This document shows, in pieces, positions 1-12,498 of a stretch of 64,000 bases of DNA. Under the pieces are notes generated by a model. That model worked only from the letters and a program-made list of their open reading frames with translations. It was not told the origin of the DNA and searched no databases. Each line of letters opens with the position of its first letter. Positions within the stretch are counted from its first letter, which is position 1. Source of the DNA: Eledone cirrhosa (Eukaryota). The stretch lies in contig OZ024746.1 of NCBI GenBank assembly GCA_964016885.1, positions 68,200,001 to 68,264,000 of the forward strand. Reading direction: 5' to 3'. The position numbers were made by a program, and so were the translations under genes.

Positions 1-519
1 CATATATGTTCATTTACAATTCTATTGGATTTCTCTTAAAGTTTATAATAAAATTAGATGATGGTTATTATCTTGAGGGCAACAACAAATTGGACAATGT
101 CAATATAAAATCCTTTTAGACAACTGATGCCAATAATTGAAATTATAATTTATTTACTGTTATCTATATTTGCTTTTGTTTTAAAATATTTTTTATTGAA
201 ATATTTTGGCTTGATAGAAAATTATTTCCAGTTCAAAAACCATCCTGAAATTTATGCAGTACTATTATTATAGACCAATTATAGTGTAATCATTTTGTTG
301 TTTTTGTCTAGCCAGGTCAGCAGAAGTAACAATACCATCTATAATTATTTTTTTTTTATTTTTTCAATCTCAATGCTTCCTCTCTCTGTCTTTTTTTTAC
401 TATTACAACTGTCATCTCTGCTCCTCATGGTTGGCTACTCTTGTGCACCATTCTCTCAGATTCATCCTGAATCACTTGTCTCCCTTTTCATTTTTGATAT
501 TGCGTCAAGCCATAGAAAC

Positions 520-800
520 CATGTCAAAAAATATTGAGAAGACAGGTGATAGGAAGGATATCCAGCCATGGAAAGCTTGCCAAACAATGGGTAGAGAGGA
601 GTCTTCAGTTGACTTAGAGACATGACAACCTGATTGCACAGTGTATCTCACCTTTTATATTGTGGGATCATTTATAAGAGAGATAGGCCTCAGTCTATCT
701 GAGAGGTCAGTAGCTCTGATAAAGTACTGGCTTAGCCTGTGATGAAAAATCCAACCCTTGCTAGCAGAGAAAATGGATGTTAAACAACATTGATAATGAG
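520..800 (+). mobile_element. Degenerate non-autonomous retroposon with RTE-type 3' tail
   Basis: Contains 'gataggaaggatatccagccatggaaa' and ends 'cccttgctagcagagaaaatggatgttaaacaacattgataatga', resembling RTE 3' UTR/tail motifs elsewhere in the window (e.g. 61338-61625). Confidence 0.45.
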
Positions 801-996
801 GATAATATCCCCTATCACCCAGGTCTCTGCACAAACTACTAAGCCCACTCCTCTCTCTCCAAAATGTCAGTCCTGTGGTAGGAAGTGTACAGTTCATGAA
901 ATAAACAGTATATGACTGCTATTATATTGTATTGACCCCATGAAAGAAGGTAAAGTTGACCTCAACAGGGTTTGAGCTGAGAATATAAAGAAATTA

Positions 997-1185
997 ATTG
1001 TTTCTACTTTTGGCACAAGGGCCAGCAATTACCCAGTACATTACTGGTACTTTATTTTATCGACCCCGTAAGGATGAAAGGTAAAGTTAACCTCGGTGGT
1101 ATTTGAACTCAGAATGGCAAGGGCCGTAACTCTATGTGTCAAAGCATGGCGTCCGACCCTCTACCGATACTGCCAATCCACCACC
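997..1185 (-). mobile_element. tRNA-derived SINE (family 1), nested in an older SINE copy
   Basis: Minus strand has box A-like TGGCAGTATCGG, box B-like GAGTTCAAATA and the body 'tttcatccttacggggtcgataaaataaagtaccag'; flanked by the direct repeat TAAAGAAATTAAT; older homologous sequence at ~925-995. Confidence 0.85.
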
Positions 1186-1959
1186 CAATGTAAAGAAATT
1201 AATGTAACTAAATATTACAAAGACTTTTATGTGGGCTGCTAATGATACTTTTGAATATTGTACAAATCCACAAATTTATGGAAGATAGGGTATAGGTGAT
1301 TAAATCAACCCTGTCCCATGTACACAAGTAGGGTTATATTTTATTGACCTTAGAAAGATAAATGTCTAACCTTCATAAAAGGACAGAGCTAAATAACAAA
1401 ATTGTTTTGTATATGGCTCTACTTGGTTTGTCAAGCCAAAAAAATAGCAAATATAACAAAAAGTCAGCATTGGCAAAAATGATGATGATGACAGTGATGA
1501 CAATGGTGATGAAACGGGGGGGGGGGGGGGGCAGATAACAGCAATGATGTAACTGATATATCAACTGATTTCTTATAACTAGTACATCATTCTATAGAAA
1601 TATTAGTTGTATGTGAGTGACAGGGGCAAGAGTTAACTCACCAGGATTACATAATGTTATTTTTATAAGAAAATCCTCAATATAAGAACAACTAAATGGA
1701 GAGACACATATAGAATCTCTACGATATTACTTTCATTGCAACATGCAACGTGTTCTATTTTTAGGACGTAGTCAAGAACTTTGAAAAAGAAATGTAGTTA
1801 AATAACATTTACAAAAGGAAAAGAGAGACTAATTCAGTGGTCTGTCCATAAGATTTATTTACTGTGTCTGTGTATATCTGTGCCTGTTTGTATGCAGTTA
1901 AAGAACCAACTATTTCTTGAATTGTGCATGGAAAATGGATACAAATGACAATGACTATG

Positions 1960-1990
<31 letters not shown>

Positions 1991-2624
1991 GGTATCCCCC
2001 AAAAAAATGTATACACACTTCAACAGCATTCTAATAAATATTGCCTGTACAGGTAATCAAAGTGTGTATACATTTTGGGGGGACACTTTGTATGTGTGTG
2101 TGTGGGGGGGGGGGGGGTATGTGTGTGTATATATATACACACATTTTAAAAAGCCCATATGGCTAAGGCTTTTGAATATGAATTCCAAAGTAGGGGGTGC
2201 ACAGGACAAAGATAAAGGGGGAAAAATAACAGAGGAATAGGCAATCCCATCCCCTCAGTCAACCTCTGAAAATCACTACCGTTTTGGTGTATTAAGGTAG
2301 ATACAGTTCAATTCAGTGCAAAATGGGACAAAACAAAACAGAAGCAAAGTCAGAACAAGTAAAGAAAAAAAAAAGAAAAAGAAGGACAAGTCTTGTAAAC
2401 CAAAGTAGTTAAACTAAAAAGGAAAAGAAAATGAAAGGGAATGAGTGCACAAATGTTTAGCCAAAGGAGAAGAAAATATATAAAACGGAGAGAAATAGAA
2501 AAGTATTCAAACTAGTGATTTCCAGAGGCTGACTGAGAAGATGAGACTCCATCTTTTTTCTTTTTTTCTGTTGTATTTGTTCTGTGTGCTCCATGTTTTG
2601 GAATATATATATATATATATCATA

Positions 2625-2672
<48 letters not shown>

Positions 2673-2675
2673 ATA

Positions 2676-2861
2676 ATTGTTTCTACTTTAGGCACAGGGC
2701 CAGCAATTATCCAGTGCATTACTGGTACTTTATTTTATCGACCCCGTAAGGATGAAAGGCAAAGTCAACCTCGGCGGGATTTGAACTCAGATCGTTAAGG
2801 GACGTAACTATGCTGGAAAGCATGGCATCCGACCCTCTACCGATACTGCCAATCCACCACC
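2676..2861 (-). mobile_element. tRNA-derived SINE (family 1)
   Basis: Near-identical to the copies at 12961, 16826 and 60612; flanking direct repeat TATATATAGTAATAAT. Confidence 0.9.
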
Positions 2862-2874
2862 TTATATATATATA

Positions 2875-3000
2875 GTAATAATAATAAATGTGAAGACTAA
2901 AATCCAAAGAGGGCTCGATAAGGATAAATATATATTCAGAAGATCCCGTTAAGGGTGAACGCAGCGATTCTTTGCTTCAACTTTAATTTGTTATTTTAAT
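2875..3000 (+). repeat. Dispersed short repeat, homologous to 12499-12710; possibly Penelope-derived
   Basis: 'aataataaatgtgaagactaaaatccaaagagggctcgataaggataaatatatat' is identical at ~12500; TA-flanked. Confidence 0.6.
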
Positions 3001-3082
3001 ATATATATATATATATATTAGAAAGTGAGGTTTTTTTTACAAAATGAAAAATAACCGGGGTGTCCTACACGAGTGAAAGTAT

Positions 3083-3177
3083 AAAGAAAAAGAGATGAAA
3101 TCGAAAATGCAACTGAAGTCTTATTTTTTTAAAAAATAAGACTTCAGTTGCATTTTCGATTTCATCTCTTTTTCTTT
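3083..3177. repeat. Perfect inverted repeat (~46-bp arms) in a TA-flanked insert
   Basis: aaagaaaaagagatgaaatcgaaaatgcaactgaagtcttatttt / aaaataagacttcagttgcattttcgatttcatctctttttcttt. Confidence 0.9.
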
Positions 3178-3505
3178 TTATATATATATATATATATAGG
3201 GAGTGTAACATGCAGTTAATGTAGGTTCACCCAAGTGAGCACTCGATGCGTAGTTTCCTGTCTGTAAAGGGGTGTAAAACTAAGCAGATTGTAAATATAA
3301 TTATAAAAGGATGATCTGTTGTGACATGACCACAGCAGAGGTCTGACAAGCTTTTGATTCCAGACTTGGGCCAGATTGATACAGATCAAACCCTGAGCTG
3401 ATCAATAGTGAAACACGCGTCACTACTCAATAAACATAATGAAGACCTATCAAATTGTCCTTTTATTATTATTATCATATATATATATATAAACACACAT
3501 GAGGC

Positions 3506-3548
<43 letters not shown>

Positions 3549-4380
3549 GAGATGACACAGAACCAAGATGACTGGTGATATGTGATAATACAGAAGAGTT
3601 GCCAAGCACTGCAACATTAAACATAAATATGGCAAAATATCAGAGACTATATAGAGATCTTCAACAATGCAATGCACCCGACTTCTGTAAAGAACAAGAC
3701 AGCTCAGAGGACTCTCTGAAATTGTTGAGAAGCTGACAACCTCTCTAGTGATGTTGCTACAATAAAATACATCTAGTACACTCTGTAACATAGCTGGTGA
3801 TTAAAGAGTAAAGGAGACTCTTCAGTCTGGCTGAGCATATGACAACCTGTGTGTTGCTGATTGCATGATAAAATGCACACAGTACATTCTGTAAATTGGT
3901 GGTGCTGGTGCAACGATAAAATGTACCAGATACACTATCTAAATTGGTTGGCATTAGGAAATGAATCCAGCCAAACATGAAACTATGCCAAACATGGAAC
4001 CTATGAACAAGATTAGGTGTCACTGACTCATCTCCTAGTAGACTATTACAATGTATCCAACCTATGGTAATATGGAAGCCAGATGTAAAAGTGATGATGA
4101 TGATACAGATTTGAGTATAGAAATCGGAAACCTCAAAGCATGTAGTAGAGTGTATTTATTCATCCAAAGATAATGATTCACTTCATCAGTATTCCAAGTG
4201 TATGTATCATGTGTGTATTTAATCAAGTGTTAAGATGAAGAGCAACAAACAAATAAATATTCTTGTTGCCTGAATGAATACACACAGGGAGAAACTTGGA
4301 ATAGTAACAGAATAGAATCATTAGCAACTTCGATAATATTTATATATATATTATATTTATATATATACACACATATATAT

Positions 4381-4630
4381 ATCATCATCATCATCATCGA
4401 TTAACGTCCATCTTCCATGTTAGCATGGGTTAGACGGGTCCTATTTTGAGGAAAGTTGTGTTGGGTGACTGTGTCTCGTTCATATAGGTGTGTTTCTAGC
4501 TGGTTTTCTATGGCTGGATGCCCTTCCTAATGCCAACCAAATTGACAGTGTGGACTGGGTGCTTTTTGCCATGTCTTTTACACATCCACTTTTCAGTGTA
4601 TACTGGGAGGGATGGGGTGTTGGGGGCAGG
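4381..4630 (-). mobile_element. RTE LINE 3' UTR/tail fragment
   Basis: (CAT)n tail next to (TA)n; 'aacgtccatcttccatgttagcatgggttagacggg' and 'ggatgcccttcctaa' motifs shared with the RTE-A/C 3' UTR. Confidence 0.7.
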
Positions 4631-4660
4631 GCAACACATACACATATATATATATATATA

Positions 4661-4813
4661 TTTCGTTTCTGAATTTGTTTAGCAAGATTCTTTATCTGAA
4701 AATGTGTGTTGAAACCGATATTGTTATACTTTGGGAGGGTCATGTTGCCATTATAATAAATTGAAGTGAAAGCAACTGGTGCGTATGTTGGCAACATGAC
4801 CCTCCCAAAGTAT

Positions 4814-4821
<8 letters not shown>
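4661..4821. repeat. TA-flanked insert with a 33-bp inverted repeat
   Basis: atattgttatactttgggagggtcatgttgcca (4718-4750) and its reverse complement (4789-4821). Confidence 0.8.
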
Positions 4822-4864
<43 letters not shown>

Positions 4865-5690
4865 TTCTATGCTATCATGGGTGGAGAGGTCATTATAAAT
4901 TTGTATATAGGAAGGATATCATGCTAGAAATATAAACCCAGTTCCCTCAAATCCTACCTGATCAACTTAAATGAGGCACGGCACTTCAGATAATGTAGAA
5001 CTAAGTATGTCTGCAAATATATAGGCTTGATAGACATACCTGGACAACCTTTCATCAGTGGTCAGCTGAATCAGGTTTGACAAGGCGCTTAACAAAACAA
5101 CAGAAACAAACGTACTATAGATTTCTATAGAATAAATATTTGAAGGAATAGAATCTGCCAACTAATAATTTAAGATAAGGGCAAGGGTTTACTCTCTTGC
5201 ATAAAACATCCATTTTGATTTCGATTTATTCAAAAATTAAGACTCCTCTTCAGAACACACCAGTAAATTTTCATAAAGGAATATCAATGTTATAAGTCAA
5301 AAAACCTACACAAAGTAACACAAATTATATTTAGTACAGAGAACCATGTGTGAGAGATCAATAAATATACAAGGGGAAGTGTAGATGAAAAGATACTTTG
5401 ATAATATAACCATATATATATATATATACATACACACGCGTATATGTATAGAGAGAGATATATAGGTTTTATGTATATACACACACAGATAGATAGACAT
5501 ACACAAATATTGATTATTTGCAAATGTTTTTATCATATATTGATTTCATAGTAGGTATGTGTGTGTGTGTATGTGTGTATGTATGTATATATATATATAC
5601 ATACATATAAACATACATAAATAAATACACACACACATAAATTCATATATATGTTTATGTGTGTGGTGTATATATATATATATATATATA

Positions 5691-6566
5691 TAGGGTGCGG
5701 GCAATATTTGTTCGCAAGATTACTGTCTAGGAAAATATAACACAGTAGTTTTATTTTTTAAGATTTATTTATCAAACTTGGGTCAATTTGTCTTCATGAC
5801 TTGTTCTTTTGATCTCACTCGATAAACCCACCATTGGCTTTGATGACGGCCTCAAGGCGGCTTCGGAACTGGCTACAGGCCTTTGTCACTGTCCCCCGAT
5901 TTAGGCCCCTAAAGGCACTTGTGATCCTGGCCTTCAGATCGTCTTTCGTATTGCAGCTAGATCTGTTGGTGTCTCGTTCCACTGCACCCCACACAAAGAA
6001 GTCGAAGGGGTTGCAGTCAGGCAAGCTGGGAGGCCAGATGTCAGGTGAAGTGTGGTCGACGAAGTTCTCTGACAGCCAGGCTTGGGTCTTTCAGCTGGTA
6101 TGGCAGGGCGCTGAGTCTTGCTGCCACATGTACGGCCTACCTGCAACTACCTGGTCAATCTAGGGCTTTACTACCTCGCTCAGAACGCGGATGTAGCCAT
6201 CAGTGTTCAGCTTGAGGCCCTCGGGAAGAAGTGAGGTGGCATGACGTCACCTTGACTGCTGACGACACCTAAGACCAATGTTGTCTGCATGACTCTGGGC
6301 ACGTCTTTGGATGAGACAGCAAGCCACCTGTTATTCTGGGAGTTGATTTTCTGGTCTTATTTGTCCTCCCAGCGCGGATTCCAGGAAGAACGCCGTGTCT
6401 CTTCCACAAATTTGGAGGTTCAAAATTATTCATAATAAATTATTCTGAAAATAAATAATGGAAATATAGTCACTGTTTTTATGAAGACAAGAGTGACAAC
6501 GGAAATAAAATAAATTTGCATAAAATTAGCAGTTGAAAATTGCAAACAAATATCGTCCACACCCTG
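5691..6566 (-). mobile_element. Internally deleted Tc1/mariner-superfamily DNA transposon
   Basis: Imperfect ~27-bp TIRs (tagggtgcgggcaatatttgttcgcaa / ttgcaaacaaatatcgtccacaccctg), TA flanks, transposase remnant inside. Confidence 0.85.
5815..6355 (-). pseudogene. Mariner/maT-like transposase C-terminal catalytic fragment
   Basis: Translates to ..YMWQQDSAPCHTS..WPPSLPDCNPFDFFVWG..SRLEAVIKANGGFIE, matching the QDxAxxH and WPxxSPDLNPxD motifs; interrupted by stops. Confidence 0.85.
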
Positions 6567-6669
6567 TATATATATATATACATACAAACATACATAAATA
6601 AATAAATACACACACACATAAATTCATATATATGTTTATGTGTGTGGTGTGTGTGTATATATATATATT

Positions 6670-7013
6670 TTTCATTTCATTTCATTTCATTTCATGTCCG
6701 CTTTTTCCCTGCTTGCGAGGGTGGGACGGGAACTGATTCTGGCTTGATTTCTACAGCTGGATGCCCTTCCTAACACCAACCTCATTTACAGTGAGTGCTG
6801 GGTGCTTTTTTGCTGTGGCACCTCCACGTCCACTTTACAGTGGAATGATAGGGACCCCAGTCCCTATCATCTCATTTCTACAGCTGAGTAAACTGGAGCA
6901 ATGTGAAATAAAGTGTCTTGCTCAAGGAAACAACACATCACCTGGTCTGAGAATTGAACTCACAACCTTTCGATTGTAAGGCCAATGCTCTAACCACTAA
7001 GCCATATGCCTCC
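6670..7013 (-). mobile_element. Chimeric SINE (tRNA head + CORE-like domain + RTE-A 3' UTR segment + RTE-B tail), copy a
   Basis: Head ggaggcatatggcttagtggttagagc..gagttcaattct; CORE-like 'ccttgagcaagacactttatttcacattgctccagtttactcagctgtagaaatgag'; RTE-derived 3' half; (ATGAA)n tail. Confidence 0.85.
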
Positions 7014-7346
7014 ATATATATATATATCGAGAGAGAGATTTGATTTCTAACAAAAGTATATACAGATATGTTGAGACTGTTGTGTGTGTGTGCCTGTGCA
7101 TAGTTAGATAAACACTTAGTATGTAGTTATACGAGTATAGTGAAACATCAGATAAACAACTGGAAACATTTCTTATCTTTTGTAAAGAAGAGATTTAAGG
7201 GGAAAACAAAAGAAAACTGTAAATATTGTTCAAACTTAGAATCAATATTTTAAGAAAAATGTATTTTTATAATTTTATAATGAGTGCTGTGAATGTTAGG
7301 GAGACTGTTGGGTAATTGATATTGTAGTGATGTATATATATATATA

Positions 7347-7845
7347 TCATCATCATCACCGTTTTACATCTGTTCTTCCACGCTAGCATGGGTTAGACTG
7401 GCTGTCCTGTTGTTTGCAGAGTCCAGTCGGCTGACCATGCCTTGCTCATACGGGAACTGATTCTGGCTTGATTTCTACAGCTGGATGCCCTTCCTAACAC
7501 CAATCTCATTTACAGTGAGTGCTGGGTGTTTTTTTTCCGTGGTGCCTACACCTCCACTTTACAGTGTGGACTGGGTGCTTTTTTGCCGGGGCACCTCCAC
7601 GACCACTTTGCAGTGGGAGGGTGTGGGGGCTTATTGTCTATATGCTTCAGCTTCGGCTTTTTACCCATGGTGGGTCGGGTCTTCTGTATTACTGCGTGAC
7701 GCCAGAGGTCACGGTCGTGTGCCATCACCTTTGAGAGGTGTAATTGGGTAAGGTCGGCTTTTATCACCTCATCCCAGGTCTTCTTGGGTCTCCCCACTCC
7801 GCGGTTTCCATCGACTTCTAGTGCTCTGCACCTTTTTATGCAACT
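7347..7845 (-). mobile_element. 5'-truncated RTE-A fragment (ORF end + 3' UTR)
   Basis: Encodes GRPKKTWDEVIKADLTQLHLSK..., homologous to 24940-25430; (CAT)n tail next to (TA)n. Confidence 0.9.
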
Positions 7846-8094
7846 TTATACACACATATATATATGGTTTTTTCTGATCCCCTTTGGAAAGCCATCCATA
7901 ATTAATTACTTTTATGTGTGTGTGTGTGTGTGTGTGTGTGTGGTCGTATACATATGACTGCATTTATCTAGTTCAGAATAGATATAACATTGTTTCAAAA
8001 AGATCTTTATATCTTGTAGTGTGCCAAGCTTTCCAATGGCCTTATAACACTTGTTTGTATGTATGTATTTATGTATATCACATCCCCAATCCCC

Positions 8095-8420
8095 ACACAT
8101 CTCCCCAACCAAAGTCCCCAGTCCACACTGTAAAGTGGTCATGATGGTGACACAACAAAACGCACCCAACCCACACTGTAAAGTGGTCATGATGGTGACA
8201 TGACAAAAAGCACCTAACCTACACTGTAAAGAGGTCATGCTGGTGTCACAACACAAAGCACCCAATACTCACTGTCAATGTGGTTGGCATTAGGAAGGGC
8301 ATCCGACTGTAGAACCAAGCTAAAATTAGTTCTGTATGAGCAAGACATGGTCACTTGACCTGAAATTTCTCACAAGACAACTCGTCTAACCCATACTAGC
8401 ATGGAAAAATGGACGTTAAA
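8095..8420 (+). mobile_element. RTE-type 3' UTR fragment with ~44-bp internal tandem units
   Basis: Repeated 'cacactgtaaagtggtcatgatggtgacac..aaaagcacc', then 'ttaggaagggcatcc' and tail 'cgtctaacccatactagcatggaaaaatggacgttaaa'. Confidence 0.7.
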
Positions 8421-8752
8421 GAGAACAATGTATGTAAACTGGATGTAAATTGGAGCAATGTGAAATAAAGTGTCTTGCTCAAGGACACAATGCATCACTC
8501 GATCCAGGAATCAAACTCACAACCTCACAAAAATATATTACACCTTCTCTACACAGACAGTCGCCTATTCTATACAAGTATTTTCACCAAAATACAAAAA
8601 AATATTATTTCATCTTGCATTTTTTTGCAAGATGCTTGACATGAAGTCATGTTTTTGAAACATATTGTTAAAATTTGGGAGTGTCATGCTAGCAATAAAA
8701 ACACACACACCAGTTGACTTTTGCTTTAGTTTATTATTAGTTACGTAATTAG

Positions 8753-8972
8753 GGCAGTGGATTGGCAGTAATGGTAGAGCACCGGACACCATGCTTTGCA
8801 GCATAGAGTTATGCCCTTTTACGTTCTGAGTTTAAATCTCGCCGAGGATAGCTTTGACTTTCATCCTTACAGGGTTGATAAAATAAAGCACCAGTAATGC
8901 ACTGGGGTCAATTGAATCAACTTTCCCCTCCCCTTCAAATTGTTTCTCTTGTGCTTAAAGTAGAAACAATTA
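8753..8972 (+). mobile_element. tRNA-derived SINE (family 1, longer/older variant)
   Basis: ggcagtggattggcagtaatgg...gtagaaacaat with an extra internal ~35 bp. Confidence 0.8.
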
Positions 8973-9709
8973 TCAGTTAGGTAAATAATCCATTCCTTGG
9001 TTAGTTTAGTAACTGGGTGGTTGTTTAATTGTCATATTTATTTTTCATTCTCAAAGCTCTTTTGTCACACAACCTGTCACCTTCTCGATGACTATGCTTG
9101 CTTCTCTGTGACCCTTCTCTTTCTAGTTACTCCACCTTGTCTCAAGATTGAGTAAATAGAATAGATTAGATACTTGACTAAGAATAACCTGAAGTGAAAC
9201 TCACTGATGCCTGTGTTTTTGGGGGCAAATTATAACAAAAAAAAAAAAATTCCAATGATGATGCAACAGATATTATTGCTTATAGGTAAATTGGTTTGAC
9301 ATCAGTTAGATTATAACTGTCCCGTTAATTACATTTATACACATATTCTTAACTTGAACTGCCTGATCTCATTCAATGCTTCAACAATTTTGATTCTGCA
9401 GATGTCTTTCTATAATCTTCTAACCAGAATTAATCCTTAAGGCTAAATAATTTTCTCTTCAATATCGGTGTAATTTGAAATAATTAAGCAACTTTTTGTT
9501 CACTAGACACACAGAGTTGTGTGTGTGTGTGTGTGTGTGTATTGAACAATGAAAATAAAATGAAAGGCAAAGATAGGTTTTTAATTAGTTCAGTATTACA
9601 ATCATTTCAGAGGGTTGATTTATCATGGTAAATTGATATATTAACTAATAGATAGTGGTTATGTCATCACCTATGTCTAACCCCAATATCTTAGATCCAT
9701 CTCACTATC

Positions 9710-10030
9710 TTGGCTTAGTTGTTAGAGCATTGGGCTTGCAATTGTAAGATTGTAAGTTTGATTCCTGGACTGGGTGATATGTTGAATCCTTGAGCAAGAC
9801 ACTATTTCACATTGCTCCAGTTTACTCAGCTGCAAAAATGAGTTGGTGTCAAGCTGTATAGACCATTGCTTTTCCATTGGACAACATCGGTGGCATGGAG
9901 AGGGGAAACTGGTATGCATGGCCAACTAATGGTCTTCTACAAAGAACCTAGACTAGACTTGTGCCTTGGAAGGAGAAATTCTAGGTACCAATCCCATGGT
10001 CATTCATGACCAAAGGGAATCTTTACTCTA
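9710..10030 (+). mobile_element. tRNA/CORE-like SINE with a different 3' tail
   Basis: tggcttagttgttagagc head and 'ccttgagcaagacactatttcacattgctccagtttactcagctg' shared with the chimeric SINE; distinct 3' half. Confidence 0.7.
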
Positions 10031-10034
10031 TTAT

Positions 10035-10582
10035 TATCATCGTTTTTACGTCTGTTTTTCCATGCTTGCATAGGTTGGATGGTCCTTCTCAACACAACAT
10101 TTCCTCACTCATTCCATTCTTTCATCTCCTCTGTGAGACTCAGTGATTTGAGGTCAGCTTTCCCCCACCTCCACCCAGTTCTTTTTTGGACTACCTCTAC
10201 TGTGGCTTCCTTCAACTGGTATTTCTTGGCCTTTCTTCACCCAGCGATTATTGTCCATGTGCATCACATGCTCATACCAATGCAGTCTTCTCTCCTGCAC
10301 ACCACCTAGGATTCCTTTTAAACCCAGTTTCCATCTCAACTTATCCAAGCTCTGGCTTTCTTTCTCACATATATTGTGCATTCAACAGAGCATAGTTGCT
10401 TAATTTCTCTCCAGTCTCTGTATGTCCTCTGCAATCACAGCCTAAGTTTCACTATCATACAGCATCGCACTTCACTCACAGGCATCATACAGTCTTTTTG
10501 TATGTAGGGAGAAACCTTTTATGGTTAAAAATGGGAATAGTTAACTAAACTTTTTCTATCCTATACTCATTCTAGCTATTAT
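10035..10582 (-). mobile_element. Degenerate RTE (B-like) 3' fragment
   Basis: Minus-strand translation VQERRLHWYEHVMHMDNNRWVKK..GSPKKNW. Confidence 0.8.
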
Positions 10583-10811
10583 GCTCTCTCTCTCTCTCCT
10601 ATATATATATATACACACACACACATTGACACATTGTGGGTGTAGCAAGGCAATACAATAAATACAGATATTTTCTTCGCAATCATTAGGTCCTGGTTTT
10701 GACCCCAGTAACAAAATGGCATTTATGAAACAAAATGCTCACCCTGTATGTATATGTGTGTGTGTGTGTATATATATGTGTATATATATATGTGTATGTG
10801 TGTATATCATG

Positions 10812-11160
10812 ATCATCATCATCATCATTTTACGTCCGCTTTTCCCTGTTTGCAAGGGTGGCACGGCATCTCTCCACTTGTCACGGTCCTTCGTCATCTC
10901 CTCCGTGAGCTTCAGCGATCTGAGGTCTGCTCACACCACCTCCGCCCATGTTTTTCATGGTCTTCCTCTACTGCGTCTTCCTTTTACTGGGATTTCTTGG
11001 CACTTCCTTACCTAATGGTCATCCATACCATGGCAGTCTTCACTCCCGCACACTACAACTTATCCCTCTTATACACAGTTTCTCACTCAACTCATCTATG
11101 CTTGGTCATTCATGCACATTGACATTGCATATCCAACGGAGCATGCTTGCTTCATTTCTT
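10812..11160 (-). mobile_element. RTE-B 3' fragment with internal deletions
   Basis: Homologous to 27881-28280; (CAT)n tail. Confidence 0.85.
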
Positions 11161-11195
11161 TACAGCTGTATGTATGTGTATATATATATAAATAT

Positions 11196-11982
11196 TATCA
11201 TCATCACCGTTTTACGTCCATTCTTCCACGCTAGCACGGGTTAGACGGGTTTTTTCTGTTGTGGGTAGTGTCCAATAGGCTGACCTTGTCTTGTTCATAC
11301 GGGAACTGATTCTGGCTTGATTTCTACAGCTGGATGCCCTTCCTAACACCAACCTCATTTACAGTGAGTGCTGGGTGCTTTTTTTCCGTGGCGCCTACAC
11401 GTCCACTTTACAGTGTGGGCTGGGTGGTTTTTTGCCGTGGCACCTCCACAACCACTTTGCAGTGGGAGGGTCTGGGGGCATAATGTCTATATGTTTCAGC
11501 TTCGGCTTGTACCCATGGGGGGTTGGGTCTTCTGTATTACTGCGTGACGCCAGAGGTCACGGTTGTGTGTCATCGCCTTTGAGAGGTGTAATTGGGTATG
11601 GTCAGCTTTTATCACCTCATCCCAGGTTTTCTTGGATCTGCCCACTCCGCAGTCTCCATCGACTTCTAGTGCTCTGCACCTTTTTATGCAGCTGTCATCC
11701 TTCATACGCATCACATGTCCATACCAACGCAACCGCCTCTCCTGCACACAGCATTTGATTCCTCTTATGCTCAGTCTCTCTCTCAATTCATTTATGCTTT
11801 GCCGTTCGCGTATATTACTATTACACAACCATCGGAGCATGCAGGCTTCGTTTCTTTCTAATCTACGCAAGTCTTCCACCTTCAGCGCCCAGCTCTCACT
11901 ACCATGTAACATTGCTGTTCGTATACACGCATCATACAGTCTGCCTTTCATTTTGAGGGAAAAGCCTTTTGCAGCTAGCAAA
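11196..11982 (-). mobile_element. 5'-truncated RTE-A fragment
   Basis: Encodes LLAAKGFSLKMKGRLYDACIRTAMLHGSESW...; 3' UTR present; both ends abut TA-rich microsatellite. Confidence 0.92.
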
Positions 11983-12004
11983 TATATATATGTGTGTGTG
12001 TGTA

Positions 12005-12047
<43 letters not shown>

Positions 12048-12094
12048 TTGTGAGTATGTGTGTGTGTATATATATATATGTAAGTATGTGTGTG

Positions 12095-12149
<55 letters not shown>

Positions 12150-12498
12150 GTATACATAACATGGTGGTGCCAAAGCATGGCTTCAGCCCACGAGCTGTAA
12201 AAGATAAAAGATATATACACATATTTAAATGTAGAAATTTCATGATTACTAATTTGAGATTCACTTGTTGGATCTTTAGGCATCAGTAAACTTAACAATG
12301 AACATGTATTTATATACATATGATTCATTTTATGAATATTTACATAATCTGTATTATTGTTCATTATTAACTTCAATATTGCCTGAAGGTCCAACAAGTG
12401 AAAACCATATTAGAAGTTATGAAGATTTTATTAACCTTCGTTTTTATGTCGAATACACTAAGATGCATCTACTCTTCTCTCTCTATATATATATATAT

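Noticed and set aside
5030-5090. Minus-strand CTGATGA followed by a stem, a possible hammerhead
   Set aside because: No GAAA follows the stem.
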